Positions 8,197 to 17,763 of a DNA stretch of 32,991 nt are shown here, piece after piece. The DNA comes from a virus (taxonomy: Duplodnaviria > Heunggongvirae > Uroviricota > Caudoviricetes), in the IMG/VR virus record IMGVR_UViG_2737471869_000025; one strand, 5' to 3'. Both the position numbers and the translations under genes were made by a program. The notes beneath the pieces were generated by a model. The model did no database searches. It saw only the letters and a program-made list of their open reading frames with translations, and had not been told where the DNA came from. Positions within the stretch are counted from its first letter, which is position 1, and each line of letters starts with the position of its first letter.

Positions 8197-10120
8197 TCCA
8201 TCTTTTTTTGTTAGTAAATTAAAAGTTTTCCAAGCTGGGCATGAAGCCTTTAGCTGTGTTTTCCATAAAGGGGTAAATGTAATAAGGGGGCGAAATAGCT
8301 CTGGCAAAACTACTGTTATGGATCTTTTAGCATTTTCACTTGGTGCTGAAAATATTAGCTTGAAACCAACAGCTCTTTTATGTTCATTTACCATGGTTGA
8401 AGTGCTTTTGAATAATAATCTTGCCTGTTTTAAGCGGGAGATAAGTTCAGAATCCATGCGACCGTTGAGTATTTTTTGGGGCTCGATGGATAAAGCTCTT
8501 AACTCATCACCGAGTCAGTGGCAAACTTATCCTTTTAAGCGTTCAGAAAAATCACTGAGTTTTTCTCAGGTAATTTTAAATGCTTTAGATATGCCTCTAG
8601 CTCAAGGAGAGGGTGCTTCAATTTTAACAATGCATCAAATCCTACGTGTATTATATGCAGATCAGCCATCTCTTCATAGTCCTATATTTAGGAACGATAA
8701 TTTTGATAGAGCTCTAACACGAGAGACTATTGGTGATTATTTATGTGGTATATTTGATGACAAACTTTATAGCTCTTTGATTAGGCTTAAACAAGTTGAT
8801 GCTGAACTTTCGACAAAAATTGTTGAGCTGAAAAGCATATTTAAAGTTCTTGGACGCTCTGGGCAATCGCAGCATGTAAGTTTTATTGACGATAAAATAA
8901 AAGAGCTAAGAGAGAAGAAAGAAAAGATCAATGGCGAGCTTATCTCTCTCAAAGAGAGTAATAACTCTTCTGTTAATGATAAAAATGCTGATAAAACTAA
9001 AACTAACAACCTTCGAAAAAAATTAAATAAAGCGAAAGAAGAAGAAGTAAAAAATATTGACAGTATCCATATGTTAGAAATGGAGATAGCTGACTCTGAA
9101 ATGTTCATTAATGAGTTAGAATCCAGATTGCGCTCTCTTAATGAATCAAGTATTGCCAGAGACTATTTTAGCAACGTTAAATTTCAATTTTGTCCCAGTT
9201 GTTTAAGTGAGTTGAATATTTCCTCTGAAAATGAGTGCTCATTATGTAAAAATCACGCGCCAGAGGGTAGTGATGCTCCTCAATTATTAAGGATGAAAAA
9301 TGAGATTTCTATCCAATTAAAAGAATCCAGAGATCTTCTTGAGCATAATTATGTAAAACTGAGAGAGCTTAAGAGCCAATCTCCTGCTTTAAAGCAAAAA
9401 GTGCGAGATTTAATTCGTGAATATGAAGAAGTCTCTAAGGTTTGGGAAAATGCCTATGAAATAGAGTTTGAAACTCTTACTAAGGCTCTGGGACGTGTTG
9501 AAGAAGAAATTAAACAGGCTTGTGAATTACAAAAACTTAGTGATGTAATATCTGATTTGCAAAAAGAACGTGATAGTCTGCAGTTAGAGAAGGAGAGATT
9601 GTCCTCTTTAATTGAATCTTTGGAGAGTAAAGAGGAATATAGGAAGAAGGATATTTCTAAAACTATAGAAAAAATTATGAAAAGACTTCTTAAAAAAGAT
9701 CTTCCATTGCAGACTGAATTTATTGATCCCAGAAAAGTTAATTTTAGCTTTGCCGATAATACTGTTTATGTAAATGGGGCTAAGTATTTTTCAGAAAGTT
9801 CAGCAGTTGTATTAAGACATCTCTTTCATTTAGCATTGTTAACTGCAAGCATTGAAAAAAAATACATGAGATTACCTCGTTTCCTAATGCTTGATGGAAT
9901 TGACGATGGTGGAATGGAGAAAGAGCGCAGTCACAATCTGCAGAAAATAATAGTACAAGAAACTCAATCGTATCAATATGATTTTCAAATAATTTATGCG
10001 ACATCGGAGATTAATCCAGAATATGAAAATACCGATTTGATTGTTGGTCGGTATTTTAATCCAGATGATAAATCATTAAAGATAAATTATACCGCTCTTG
10101 ATAAAGATTTATTGAACTAA
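8183..10120 (+). CDS. SMC/Rad50-like ABC ATPase with coiled coil and putative zinc hook (candidate defence ATPase)
   Basis: 645 aa; Walker A GRNSSGKTT (aa 36-44); Walker B/D-loop-like RFLMLDGIDDGG (aa 566-577); about 300 aa of charged heptad-like sequence between the lobes; CPSC-x11-CSLC at aa 337-355, the midpoint. Confidence 0.8.
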   Translation: MTILNPSFFVSKLKVFQAGHEAFSCVFHKGVNVIRGRNSSGKTTVMDLLAFSLGAENISLKPTALLCSFTMVEVLLNNNLACFKREISSESMRPLSIFWGSMDKALNSSPSQWQTYPFKRSEKSLSFSQVILNALDMPLAQGEGASILTMHQILRVLYADQPSLHSPIFRNDNFDRALTRETIGDYLCGIFDDKLYSSLIRLKQVDAELSTKIVELKSIFKVLGRSGQSQHVSFIDDKIKELREKKEKINGELISLKESNNSSVNDKNADKTKTNNLRKKLNKAKEEEVKNIDSIHMLEMEIADSEMFINELESRLRSLNESSIARDYFSNVKFQFCPSCLSELNISSENECSLCKNHAPEGSDAPQLLRMKNEISIQLKESRDLLEHNYVKLRELKSQSPALKQKVRDLIREYEEVSKVWENAYEIEFETLTKALGRVEEEIKQACELQKLSDVISDLQKERDSLQLEKERLSSLIESLESKEEYRKKDISKTIEKIMKRLLKKDLPLQTEFIDPRKVNFSFADNTVYVNGAKYFSESSAVVLRHLFHLALLTASIEKKYMRLPRFLMLDGIDDGGMEKERSHNLQKIIVQETQSYQYDFQIIYATSEINPEYENTDLIVGRYFNPDDKSLKINYTALDKDLLN

Positions 10121-10124
10121 CAAC

Positions 10125-10154
10125 CAAAACCATGCATAACCATGCATGGTTTTG
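10125..10154 (+). terminator. Hairpin immediately after the cargo operon (possible terminator)
   Basis: 12-bp perfect stem 10125..10136 / 10143..10154 with 6-nt loop, 5 nt after the ATPase stop; the T-run is partly inside the stem, so strength is uncertain. Confidence 0.45.
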
Positions 10155-10263
10155 CATTTATATCAGCTTGTTTTTGAATCGGGGCAAGTCCAGAGGTGGT
10201 AAGCTGTTTGGAGAAAACTGCAACTGCATTAAAACCGCCCCACGAAGCGGGCGGGCGAGGCGG

Positions 10264-10282
10264 GGAAAGCACTGCGCGCTGG
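10264..10282. other. cos: cos cohesive-end site (19 nt)
   Basis: ggcgaggcggggaaagcac matches the P2 19-nt cohesive end as recalled; located between the cargo and Q as in P2; flanked by GC-rich dyads. Confidence 0.65.
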
Positions 10283-10441
10283 CGGTGGTGCTGATTTTAT
10301 TTTTTCAGCGTCTGAGCGCGTCGTGATGGCGTTTAGATTGTTCGCCGGGGGCGTTGGTGTGTATGCGGGCTGTTTTGCGCGGTGGTGAGCGTGTGAGGGC
10401 GTGATGACGGGGTGTAAAAAGCCGCCCGCAGGCGGCGATGT

Positions 10442-11476
10442 TCAGCCGTTGTCAGTGTCCAGTGAGTAGTTTTTAAAGCGGATGACCTCCTGACCGAGCC
10501 AGCCGTTTATTTCCCGAATCCTGTCCTGTAGCGGGATAAGCTCATTGCGGACAAAGACCTTTGCCACTTTCTCAATATCGCCCAGCGACCCGACGTTCTC
10601 CGGCTTGCCGCCCATCAACTGAAAGGGGATGCGGTGCGCGTCCAGCAGGTCAGCGGCGCTGGCTTTTTTGATATTAAAAAAATCGTCCTTCGTTGCCACT
10701 TCACTGAGCGGGATAATTTTAATGCCGTCGGCTTTCCCCTGTGGGGCATAGAGAAACAGATTTTTAAAGTTATTGCGGCCTTTCGACTTAACCATGTTTT
10801 CGCGAAGCATTTCGATATCGTTGCGGTCCTGCACGGCATCGGTGACGTACATGATGTATCCGGCATGTGCGCCGTTTTCGTAATACTTGCGGCGGAACAG
10901 CGTGGCTGATTCATTCAGCCAGGCAGAGTTAAGGGCGCTGAGATATTCCGGCAGACCGTACAGCTCCTGATTAATATCCGGCTCCAGCAGGTGAAACACG
11001 GAGCCGGGCGCGAAAGGTGTCGGCTCATGGAAGGACGGCACCCACCAGTAAACATCCTCTTCCACGCCACGGCGGGTATATTTTGCCGGTGAGGTTTCCA
11101 GTCTGATGACCTTACCGGTGGTGCTGTAACGCTTTTCCAGAAACGCATTACCGAACACCAGAAAGTCCAGCACAAAGCGGCTGAAATTCTGCTGTGAAAG
11201 CCACGGATGCGGGATAAATGTCGAGGCCAGAATATTGCGTTTAACGTAAATCGGCGAGCTGTGATGCACGGCAGCACGCAGGCTTTTTGCCAGACCGGTA
11301 AAGCTGACCGGCGGCTCATACCATCTGCCGTTACTGATGCACTCGACGTAATCCAGAATGTCACGGCGGTCGAGTACCGGCACCGGCTCGCCAAAGGTGA
11401 ATGCCTCCATTTTCGGGGCGCTGGCGGTCATTTTTTTTGCCGCAGGTTGCGGTGTTTTCCCTTTTTTCTTGCTCAT
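10442..11476 (-). CDS. Q: Portal protein
   Basis: 344 aa, matches P2 gpQ as recalled; position next to cos and upstream of P. Confidence 0.95.
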   Translation of the reverse strand: MSKKKGKTPQPAAKKMTASAPKMEAFTFGEPVPVLDRRDILDYVECISNGRWYEPPVSFTGLAKSLRAAVHHSSPIYVKRNILASTFIPHPWLSQQNFSRFVLDFLVFGNAFLEKRYSTTGKVIRLETSPAKYTRRGVEEDVYWWVPSFHEPTPFAPGSVFHLLEPDINQELYGLPEYLSALNSAWLNESATLFRRKYYENGAHAGYIMYVTDAVQDRNDIEMLRENMVKSKGRNNFKNLFLYAPQGKADGIKIIPLSEVATKDDFFNIKKASAADLLDAHRIPFQLMGGKPENVGSLGDIEKVAKVFVRNELIPLQDRIREINGWLGQEVIRFKNYSLDTDNG

Positions 11477-13248
11477 CAGTAAAACTCCAGAATGGTGGAT
11501 GTCAGCGGTGTGCTGATACCGGCGGTGAGTGGCTCATTTAACAGGGCGTGCATGGTCGCCCAGGCGAGGTCGGCGTGGCTGGCTTCCTCGCTGCGGCTGG
11601 CCTCATAGGTGGCGCTGCGTCCGCTGCTGGTCATGGTCTTGCGGATAGCCATGAACGAGCTGGTGATGTCGGTGGCGCTGACGTCATATTCCAGACAGCC
11701 ACGGCGAATAACGTCTTTTGCCTTGAGCACCATTGCGGTTTTCATTTCCGGTGTGTAGCGGATATCGCGCGCGGCGGGATAGAACGAGCGCACGAGCTGG
11801 AACACGCCGACACCGAGGCCGGTGGCATCAATACCGATGTATTCGACGTTGTATTTTTCGGTGAGTTTGCGGATGGATTCCGCCTGAGTGGCAAAGTCCA
11901 TGCCTTTCCACTGGTGACGCTCAAGTATTCTGAATTTGCCACCGGCCACCACCGGCGGTGCCAGCACCACGCATCCGGCACTGTCGCCACGGTGTGACGG
12001 GTCGTAACCAATCCATACCGGGCGGGAGCCGAACGGATTCACGGCAAACGGCGCATAGTCTTCCCATTCTTCCAGCGTGTCGACCATGCAGCGTTGCAGC
12101 TCCTCGAACGGGAACACCGACGCCTTGTCGTCAACAAATTCACACATGAACAGGTTTTTAAAATCGTCGGCGCTGTTTTCGCGTTTAAGCTGCTCAATGT
12201 CGAACAATGTGCAGCCGCCTTTCAGCGCGTCCTCAATGGTGACAATCTGTCGCCACTGGCCGTCCGCACAGAGAAGCCCACCGGCAAGGGCGTTATGACT
12301 GACGTCGATTTCCACGCGTTCAGCGGCACTGGCGCGTCCCCGGTTAAACAGTTCACCCGACCAGAACGGATAGGCGTCGTGCGCCAGCGTGGACGGGGTG
12401 GAGAAATAGGTCGAGCGCAGGTGACTCTGTGAGGCCATACCTGATGCCACCTTACGCAGTACCTGAAAATTCGGGATCCAGAAAATCTCGTCGACGTACA
12501 GGTCGCCGTTATGGCTCTGTGCGGTGTTGGAGTTGGTGCCGAGAAAAATTAGTTTTGCGCCGTTATTGCCCAGGACAATCGGGTCACCGGTCAGGTCAAC
12601 GTCAACCAGACGGGCAAAGGCGATGATGTATTCGCGGAACACATACGCCTGCGTTTTACTGGCCGACAGAAAAATCTGGTTATGACCGGTTTTCAGGGCG
12701 CGCAGCAGCGCCTCGCGGGAAAAATAAAACGTCGCGCCAATCTGGCGGGATTTCAGGATATCGCGGATGCGGTGCTCAAGCCCGGCGCGATACCAGTGCA
12801 ACTGATATTCGAAAGACTGCTCAAAGAAAATCTGCTCCAGCTTTTCGATGGCCTCGTCACTGAAAAAATTCTTTTTCGGTTTGCGACGCCCGCCTTTGTT
12901 GCGGTTAGCGACGTTCGGATTAAGGTCTGCCTCGTTGCCGGTCTGACTGTAGCGGTTTACCCGTGCCAGTCGTTCAATCTGGCGTCCGAGCAGGTCAATT
13001 TCCTTGAAGTCACCGCCGGTTTTCTGCGGTTTGATGATGAGCTGGGTCAGCCGCGCTTCCAGACTCATTTCGACACGGCTGATGGGGGCAACGCTGTCCC
13101 AGCCGTCGCGCTGTTTCCAGCTCTGCACCGTCGGGCGTTTCATCTGCAACATGGCGGCAATCTGCGGCACGGAAAATCCCTGCCAGTACAGCAGCGCCGC
13201 CTGACGACGCGGGTCGTGTAAAAGAGTGGTGTCTGTGGTGATGGTCAT
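11476..13248 (-). CDS. P: Terminase large subunit (ATPase)
   Basis: Matches P2 gpP as recalled; start taken at the ATG giving MTITTDTTLL (590 aa) rather than the longer ORF-track start. Confidence 0.95.
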   Translation of the reverse strand: MTITTDTTLLHDPRRQAALLYWQGFSVPQIAAMLQMKRPTVQSWKQRDGWDSVAPISRVEMSLEARLTQLIIKPQKTGGDFKEIDLLGRQIERLARVNRYSQTGNEADLNPNVANRNKGGRRKPKKNFFSDEAIEKLEQIFFEQSFEYQLHWYRAGLEHRIRDILKSRQIGATFYFSREALLRALKTGHNQIFLSASKTQAYVFREYIIAFARLVDVDLTGDPIVLGNNGAKLIFLGTNSNTAQSHNGDLYVDEIFWIPNFQVLRKVASGMASQSHLRSTYFSTPSTLAHDAYPFWSGELFNRGRASAAERVEIDVSHNALAGGLLCADGQWRQIVTIEDALKGGCTLFDIEQLKRENSADDFKNLFMCEFVDDKASVFPFEELQRCMVDTLEEWEDYAPFAVNPFGSRPVWIGYDPSHRGDSAGCVVLAPPVVAGGKFRILERHQWKGMDFATQAESIRKLTEKYNVEYIGIDATGLGVGVFQLVRSFYPAARDIRYTPEMKTAMVLKAKDVIRRGCLEYDVSATDITSSFMAIRKTMTSSGRSATYEASRSEEASHADLAWATMHALLNEPLTAGISTPLTSTILEFY

Positions 13249-13421
13249 GAATACCTCGCCGTGATGAATACACGGCAAGGCTACTGAGTCGCGCCCCGCG
13301 ATTCGCTAAGGTGCTGTTGTGTCAGTGATAAGCCATCCGGGACTGATGGCGGAGGATGCGCATCGTCGGGAAACTGATGCCGACATGTGACTCCTCTAAT
13401 CACTATTCAGGACTCCTGACA

Positions 13422-14276
13422 ATGGCAAAAAAAGTCTCAAAATTCTTTCGTATCGGCGTTGAGGGTGACACCTGTGACGGGCGTGTCATCAGTGCGCAGG
13501 ATATTCAGGAAATGGCCGAAACCTTTGACCCGCGAGTCTATGGTTGCCGCATTAACCTGGAACATCTGCGCGGCATCCTGCCTGACGGTATTTTTAAGCG
13601 TTATGGCGATGTGGCCGAACTGAAGGCCGAAAAGATTGACGATGATTCGGCGCTGAAAGGCAAATGGGCGCTGTTTGCTAAAATCACCCCGACCGATGAC
13701 CTTATCGCGATGAACAAGGCCGCGCAGAAGGTCTACACCTCAATGGAAATTCAGCCGAACTTTGCCAACACCGGTAAATGTTATCTGGTGGGTCTGGCCG
13801 TCACCGATGACCCGGCAAGCCTCGGCACGGAATACCTGGAATTCTGCCGCACGGCAAAACACAACCCCCTGAACCGCTTCAAATTAAGCCCTGAAAACCT
13901 GATTTCAGTGGCAACGCCTGTTGAGCTGGAATTTGAAGACCTGCCTGAAACCGTGTTCACAGCCCTGACCGAAAAGGTGAAATCCATTTTTGGCCGCAAA
14001 CAGGCCAGCGATGACGCCCGTCTGAATGACGTGCATGAAGCGGTGACCGCTGTCGCTGAGCATGTGCAGGAAAAACTGAGCGCCACTGAGCAGCGCCTTG
14101 CTGAGATGGAAACCGCCTTTTCCGCACTTAAGCAGGATGTGACTGACAGGGCGGATGAAACCAGTCAGGCATTCACCCGCCTGAAAAACAGTCTCGACCA
14201 CACCGAAAGTCTGACCCAGCAGCGCCGCAGCAAGGCCACCGGCGGTGGCGGTGACGCCCTGATGACGAACTGCTGA
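13422..14276 (+). CDS. O: Capsid scaffolding protein
   Basis: Matches P2 gpO as recalled; start at ATG 13422 (MAKKVSKFF, 284 aa). Confidence 0.93.
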   Translation: MAKKVSKFFRIGVEGDTCDGRVISAQDIQEMAETFDPRVYGCRINLEHLRGILPDGIFKRYGDVAELKAEKIDDDSALKGKWALFAKITPTDDLIAMNKAAQKVYTSMEIQPNFANTGKCYLVGLAVTDDPASLGTEYLEFCRTAKHNPLNRFKLSPENLISVATPVELEFEDLPETVFTALTEKVKSIFGRKQASDDARLNDVHEAVTAVAEHVQEKLSATEQRLAEMETAFSALKQDVTDRADETSQAFTRLKNSLDHTESLTQQRRSKATGGGGDALMTNC

Positions 14277-14334
14277 CCGGCGTCAGTCAGTCCGGAAAAA
14301 CCTTCACGATTAACCCTTAATTTCAGGAAAAACT

Positions 14335-15408
14335 ATGCGCCAGGAAACCCGCTTTAAATTTAATGCCTACCTGTCCCGTGTTGCCGAACTGAACGGCATC
14401 GACGCCGGTGATGTGTCGAAAAAATTCACCGTTGAACCGTCGGTCACCCAGACCCTGATGAACACCATGCAGGAGTCCTCTGATTTTCTGACCCGCATCA
14501 ACATTGTGCCGGTCAGCGAAATGAAAGGGGAAAAAATTGGTATCGGTGTCACCGGCTCCATCGCCAGCACCACCGACACCGCCGGTGGCACCGAGCGTCA
14601 GCCGAAGGACTTCTCGAAGCTGGCGTCTAACAAGTACGAATGCGACCAGATTAACTTCGATTTTTATATCCGCTACAAAACGCTTGACCTGTGGGCGCGT
14701 TATCAGGATTTCCAGCTCCGTATCCGTAACGCCATTATCAAACGCCAGTCCCTTGATTTCATCATGGCCGGTTTTAACGGCGTGAAGCGTGCCGAAACCT
14801 CTGACCGCAGCAGCAATCCGATGCTGCAGGATGTGGCGGTTGGCTGGCTGCAGAAATACCGCAATGAAGCCCCGGCGCGTGTGATGAGCAAGGTCACTGA
14901 CGAGGAAGGCCGCACCACCTCTGAGGTCATCCGCGTGGGTAAGGGCGGTGATTATGCCAGCCTTGATGCACTGGTGATGGATGCGACCAACAACCTGATT
15001 GAGCCGTGGTATCAGGAAGACCCTGACCTTGTGGTGATTGTGGGGCGTCAGCTACTGGCGGACAAGTATTTCCCCATCGTTAACAAAGAGCAGGACAACA
15101 GCGAAATGCTGGCCGCTGACGTCATCATCAGCCAGAAACGCATCGGTAACCTGCCGGCGGTACGCGTCCCGTACTTCCCGGCGGATGCGATGCTCATCAC
15201 GAAGCTGGAAAACCTGTCCATCTACTACATGGATGACAGCCATCGCCGCGTGATTGAGGAAAACCCGAAACTCGACCGCGTGGAGAACTACGAGTCAATG
15301 AACATTGATTACGTGGTGGAAGACTACGCCGCCGGTTGCCTGGTGGAAAAAATTAAGGTCGGTGATTTCTCCACACCGGCTAAGGCGACCGCAGAGCCGG
15401 GAGCGTAA
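14335..15408 (+). CDS. N: Major capsid protein
   Basis: 357 aa, matches P2 gpN as recalled. Confidence 0.95.
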   Translation: MRQETRFKFNAYLSRVAELNGIDAGDVSKKFTVEPSVTQTLMNTMQESSDFLTRINIVPVSEMKGEKIGIGVTGSIASTTDTAGGTERQPKDFSKLASNKYECDQINFDFYIRYKTLDLWARYQDFQLRIRNAIIKRQSLDFIMAGFNGVKRAETSDRSSNPMLQDVAVGWLQKYRNEAPARVMSKVTDEEGRTTSEVIRVGKGGDYASLDALVMDATNNLIEPWYQEDPDLVVIVGRQLLADKYFPIVNKEQDNSEMLAADVIISQKRIGNLPAVRVPYFPADAMLITKLENLSIYYMDDSHRRVIEENPKLDRVENYESMNIDYVVEDYAAGCLVEKIKVGDFSTPAKATAEPGA

Positions 15409-15411
15409 CCG

Positions 15412-16155
15412 ATGACGAGTCCCGCACAGCGCCACATGATGCGGGTCTCGGCAGCGATGACCGCGCAGCGGGAAGCCGCCCCGCTGCGACATGCAACTGT
15501 CTATGAGCAGATGCTGGTTAAGCTCGCCGCAGACCAGCGCACACTGAAAGCGATTTATTCAAAAGAGCTGAAGGCCGCGAAAAAGCGCGAACTGCTGCCG
15601 TTCTGGTTGCCGTGGGTGAACGGCGTGCTGGAGCAGGGCAAAGGTGCACAGGATGACATTCTGATGACGGTCATGCTGTGGCGTCTGGATACCGGCGATA
15701 TTGCCGGTGCGCTGGAGATTGCCCGTTATGCCCTGAAGTACGGTCTGACCATGCCGGGTAAACACCGCCGCACCCCGCCGTACATGTTCACCGAGGAGGT
15801 GGCGCTTGCGGCCATGCGTGCCCACGCTGCCGGTGAGTCTGTGGATACCCGCCTGCTGACGGACACCCTTGAACTGACCGCCACGGCTGACATGCCTGAT
15901 GAAGTGCGCGCAAAGCTGCACAAAATCACCGGTCTGTTTCTGCGTGACGGTGGTGATGCCGCCGGTGCGCTGGCTCACCTGCAACGTGCGACACAGCTCG
16001 ACTGTCAGGCAGGCGTCAAAAAAGAGATTGAACGACTGGAGCGGGAGCTGAAACCGAAGCCGGAGCCGCAGCCCAAAGCGGCCCCCCGCACTCCGCGTAA
16101 GACCCGGAGCGTGACACCGGCAAAACGTGGACGCCCGAAAAAGAAAGCCAGTTAA
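15412..16155 (+). CDS. M: Terminase small subunit
   Basis: 247 aa, matches P2 gpM as recalled. Confidence 0.93.
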   Translation: MTSPAQRHMMRVSAAMTAQREAAPLRHATVYEQMLVKLAADQRTLKAIYSKELKAAKKRELLPFWLPWVNGVLEQGKGAQDDILMTVMLWRLDTGDIAGALEIARYALKYGLTMPGKHRRTPPYMFTEEVALAAMRAHAAGESVDTRLLTDTLELTATADMPDEVRAKLHKITGLFLRDGGDAAGALAHLQRATQLDCQAGVKKEIERLERELKPKPEPQPKAAPRTPRKTRSVTPAKRGRPKKKAS

Positions 16156-16254
16156 CAACCGAATGCGCCCCGCGCCAGGGCGGCACGCCGGTCAGTGAGG
16201 GTGAATCACCTGACACTGCACCGGCGTCCACCGCCCGACTTTTCAGAGGTAGTC

Positions 16255-16764
16255 ATGATGACGCTGATTATTCCGCGAAAGGAGGCTCCCGTGTCCGGTG
16301 AGGGTACGGTGGTCATCCCGCAACCGGCAGGCGACGAGCCGGTGATTAAAAACACGTTCTTTTTTCCCGATATCGACCCGAAGCGCGTCCGGGAACGTAT
16401 GCGCCTTGAGCAGACCGTCGCCCCCGCCCGTCTGCGAGAGGCCATCAAGTCAGGCATGGCGGAGACGAATGCGGAGCTGTACGAGTACCGCGAACAGAAA
16501 ATTGCCGCCGGTTTTACGCGTCTGGCGGACGTCCCTGCGGACGATATCGACGGTGAAAGCATCAAGGTTTTTTACTACGAGCGCGCCGTGTGTGCGATGG
16601 CGACCGCGTCGCTTTATGAGCGTTACCGCGGCGTGGATGCCAGTGCGAAAGGCGACAAGAAGGCCGACAGCATTGACAGCACCATTGATGAGCTGTGGCG
16701 GGATATGCGCTGGGCGGTGGCGCGCATCCAGGACAAGCCGCGCTGCATCGTGAGTCAAATCTGA
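16255..16764 (+). CDS. L: Head completion/stabilisation protein
   Basis: Matches P2 gpL as recalled; start at ATG 16255 (MMTLIIPRK, 169 aa). Confidence 0.93.
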   Translation: MMTLIIPRKEAPVSGEGTVVIPQPAGDEPVIKNTFFFPDIDPKRVRERMRLEQTVAPARLREAIKSGMAETNAELYEYREQKIAAGFTRLADVPADDIDGESIKVFYYERAVCAMATASLYERYRGVDASAKGDKKADSIDSTIDELWRDMRWAVARIQDKPRCIVSQI

Positions 16765-16967
16765 TGAAGACCTTTGCGCTACAGGGCGACACGCTCGACG
16801 CCATTTGTGTCCGGTATTACGGGCGCACTGAGGGCGTGGTTGAGACCGTGCTCGCCGCAAATCAGGGACTGGCTGAACTGGGTGCGGTGCTGCCACACGG
16901 CACCGCCGTCGAACTGCCCGACGTTCAGACCGCGCCCGTGGCTGAAACTGTCAATCTGTGGGAGTAA
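16764..16967 (+). CDS. X: Tail protein X
   Basis: 67 aa from ATG 16764, which overlaps the L stop; matches P2 gpX as recalled. Confidence 0.9.
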   Translation: MKTFALQGDTLDAICVRYYGRTEGVVETVLAANQGLAELGAVLPHGTAVELPDVQTAPVAETVNLWE

Positions 16968-16970
16968 CGC

Positions 16971-17252
16971 ATGACAGCAGAAGAAAAAAGCGTCCTGTCG
17001 CTTTTCATGATTGGGGTGCTGATTGTTGTCGGCAAGGTGCTTGCCGGTGGTGAACCTATCACCCCGCGTCTGTTTATCGGGCGCATGTTGCTCGGTGGTT
17101 TTGTCTCAATGGTTGCCGGTGTTGTTCTGGTGCAGTTTCCTGACCTGTCACTGCCTGCGGTGTGCGGCATTGGCTCCATGCTGGGTATCGCCGGTTATCA
17201 GGCGATTGAGATTGCCATTCAGCGCCGCTTTAAGGGCAGGGGGAAACAGTAA
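16971..17252 (+). CDS. Y: Holin
   Basis: 93 aa with hydrophobic TM segments; matches P2 gpY as recalled. Confidence 0.9.
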   Translation: MTAEEKSVLSLFMIGVLIVVGKVLAGGEPITPRLFIGRMLLGGFVSMVAGVVLVQFPDLSLPAVCGIGSMLGIAGYQAIEIAIQRRFKGRGKQ

Positions 17253-17749
17253 TGCCGGTAATTAACACGCATCAGAATATCGCCGCCTTTCTCGACATGC
17301 TGGCGGTGTCCGAAGGGACGGCGAATCATCCGCTGACGAAAAACCGGGGCTATGACGTGATAGTCACCGGACTGGACGGGAAGCCGGAAATTTTCACCGA
17401 CTACAGTGACCACCCGTTCGCACATGGCCGACCGGCGAAGGTGTTTAACCGTCGCGGTGAAAAATCCACGGCCTCCGGTCGCTATCAGCAGCTTTACCTG
17501 TTCTGGCCGCATTACCGTAAACAGCTTGCCCTGCCGGATTTCAGTCCGTTGTCACAGGACAGACTCGCCATTCAGTTGATCCGCGAACGCGGTGCACTGG
17601 ATGACATCCGGGCGGGACGCATTGAGCGCGCCATTTCACGCTGTCGCAATATCTGGGCGTCCCTGCCGGGAGCCGGTTACGGTCAGCGTGAGCATTCACT
17701 GGAAAAACTGGTCACCGTCTGGCGTACCGCTGGCGGCGTACCGGCTTAA
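17252..17749 (+). CDS. K: Endolysin
   Basis: 165 aa, matches P2 gpK as recalled. Confidence 0.93.
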   Translation: MPVINTHQNIAAFLDMLAVSEGTANHPLTKNRGYDVIVTGLDGKPEIFTDYSDHPFAHGRPAKVFNRRGEKSTASGRYQQLYLFWPHYRKQLALPDFSPLSQDRLAIQLIRERGALDDIRAGRIERAISRCRNIWASLPGAGYGQREHSLEKLVTVWRTAGGVPA

Positions 17750-17763
17750 ACGGAGTAAACACC

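Noticed and set aside
8183-10120. Assigning the 645-aa ATPase as a P2 Old homologue
   Set aside because: Old is an ATPase fused to a C-terminal TOPRIM nuclease. Here the C-terminal region is the second ABC lobe (signature-like and Walker B) after a long coiled coil, with no TOPRIM-like motif I can see.
6435-10120. CRISPR array, tRNA or retron reverse transcriptase in the cargo region
   Set aside because: No regularly spaced direct repeats, no tRNA-like cloverleaf sequence and no RT motifs in any frame.
10132-10326. 64-aa ORF on the plus strand
   Set aside because: Lies across the GC-rich cos region with no ribosome-binding site; almost certainly an artefact of open frame in non-coding DNA.
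11548-13221. Plus-strand ORFs of 149, 112 and 179 aa inside the terminase gene P
   Set aside because: Antisense to a strongly conserved gene; GC-rich antisense frames are often open by chance; Arg/Ala/Gly-rich low-complexity translations.
15559-16158. 199-aa minus-strand ORF
   Set aside because: Fully antisense to the terminase small subunit gene M; Arg/Gly-rich translation typical of a spurious GC-rich frame.
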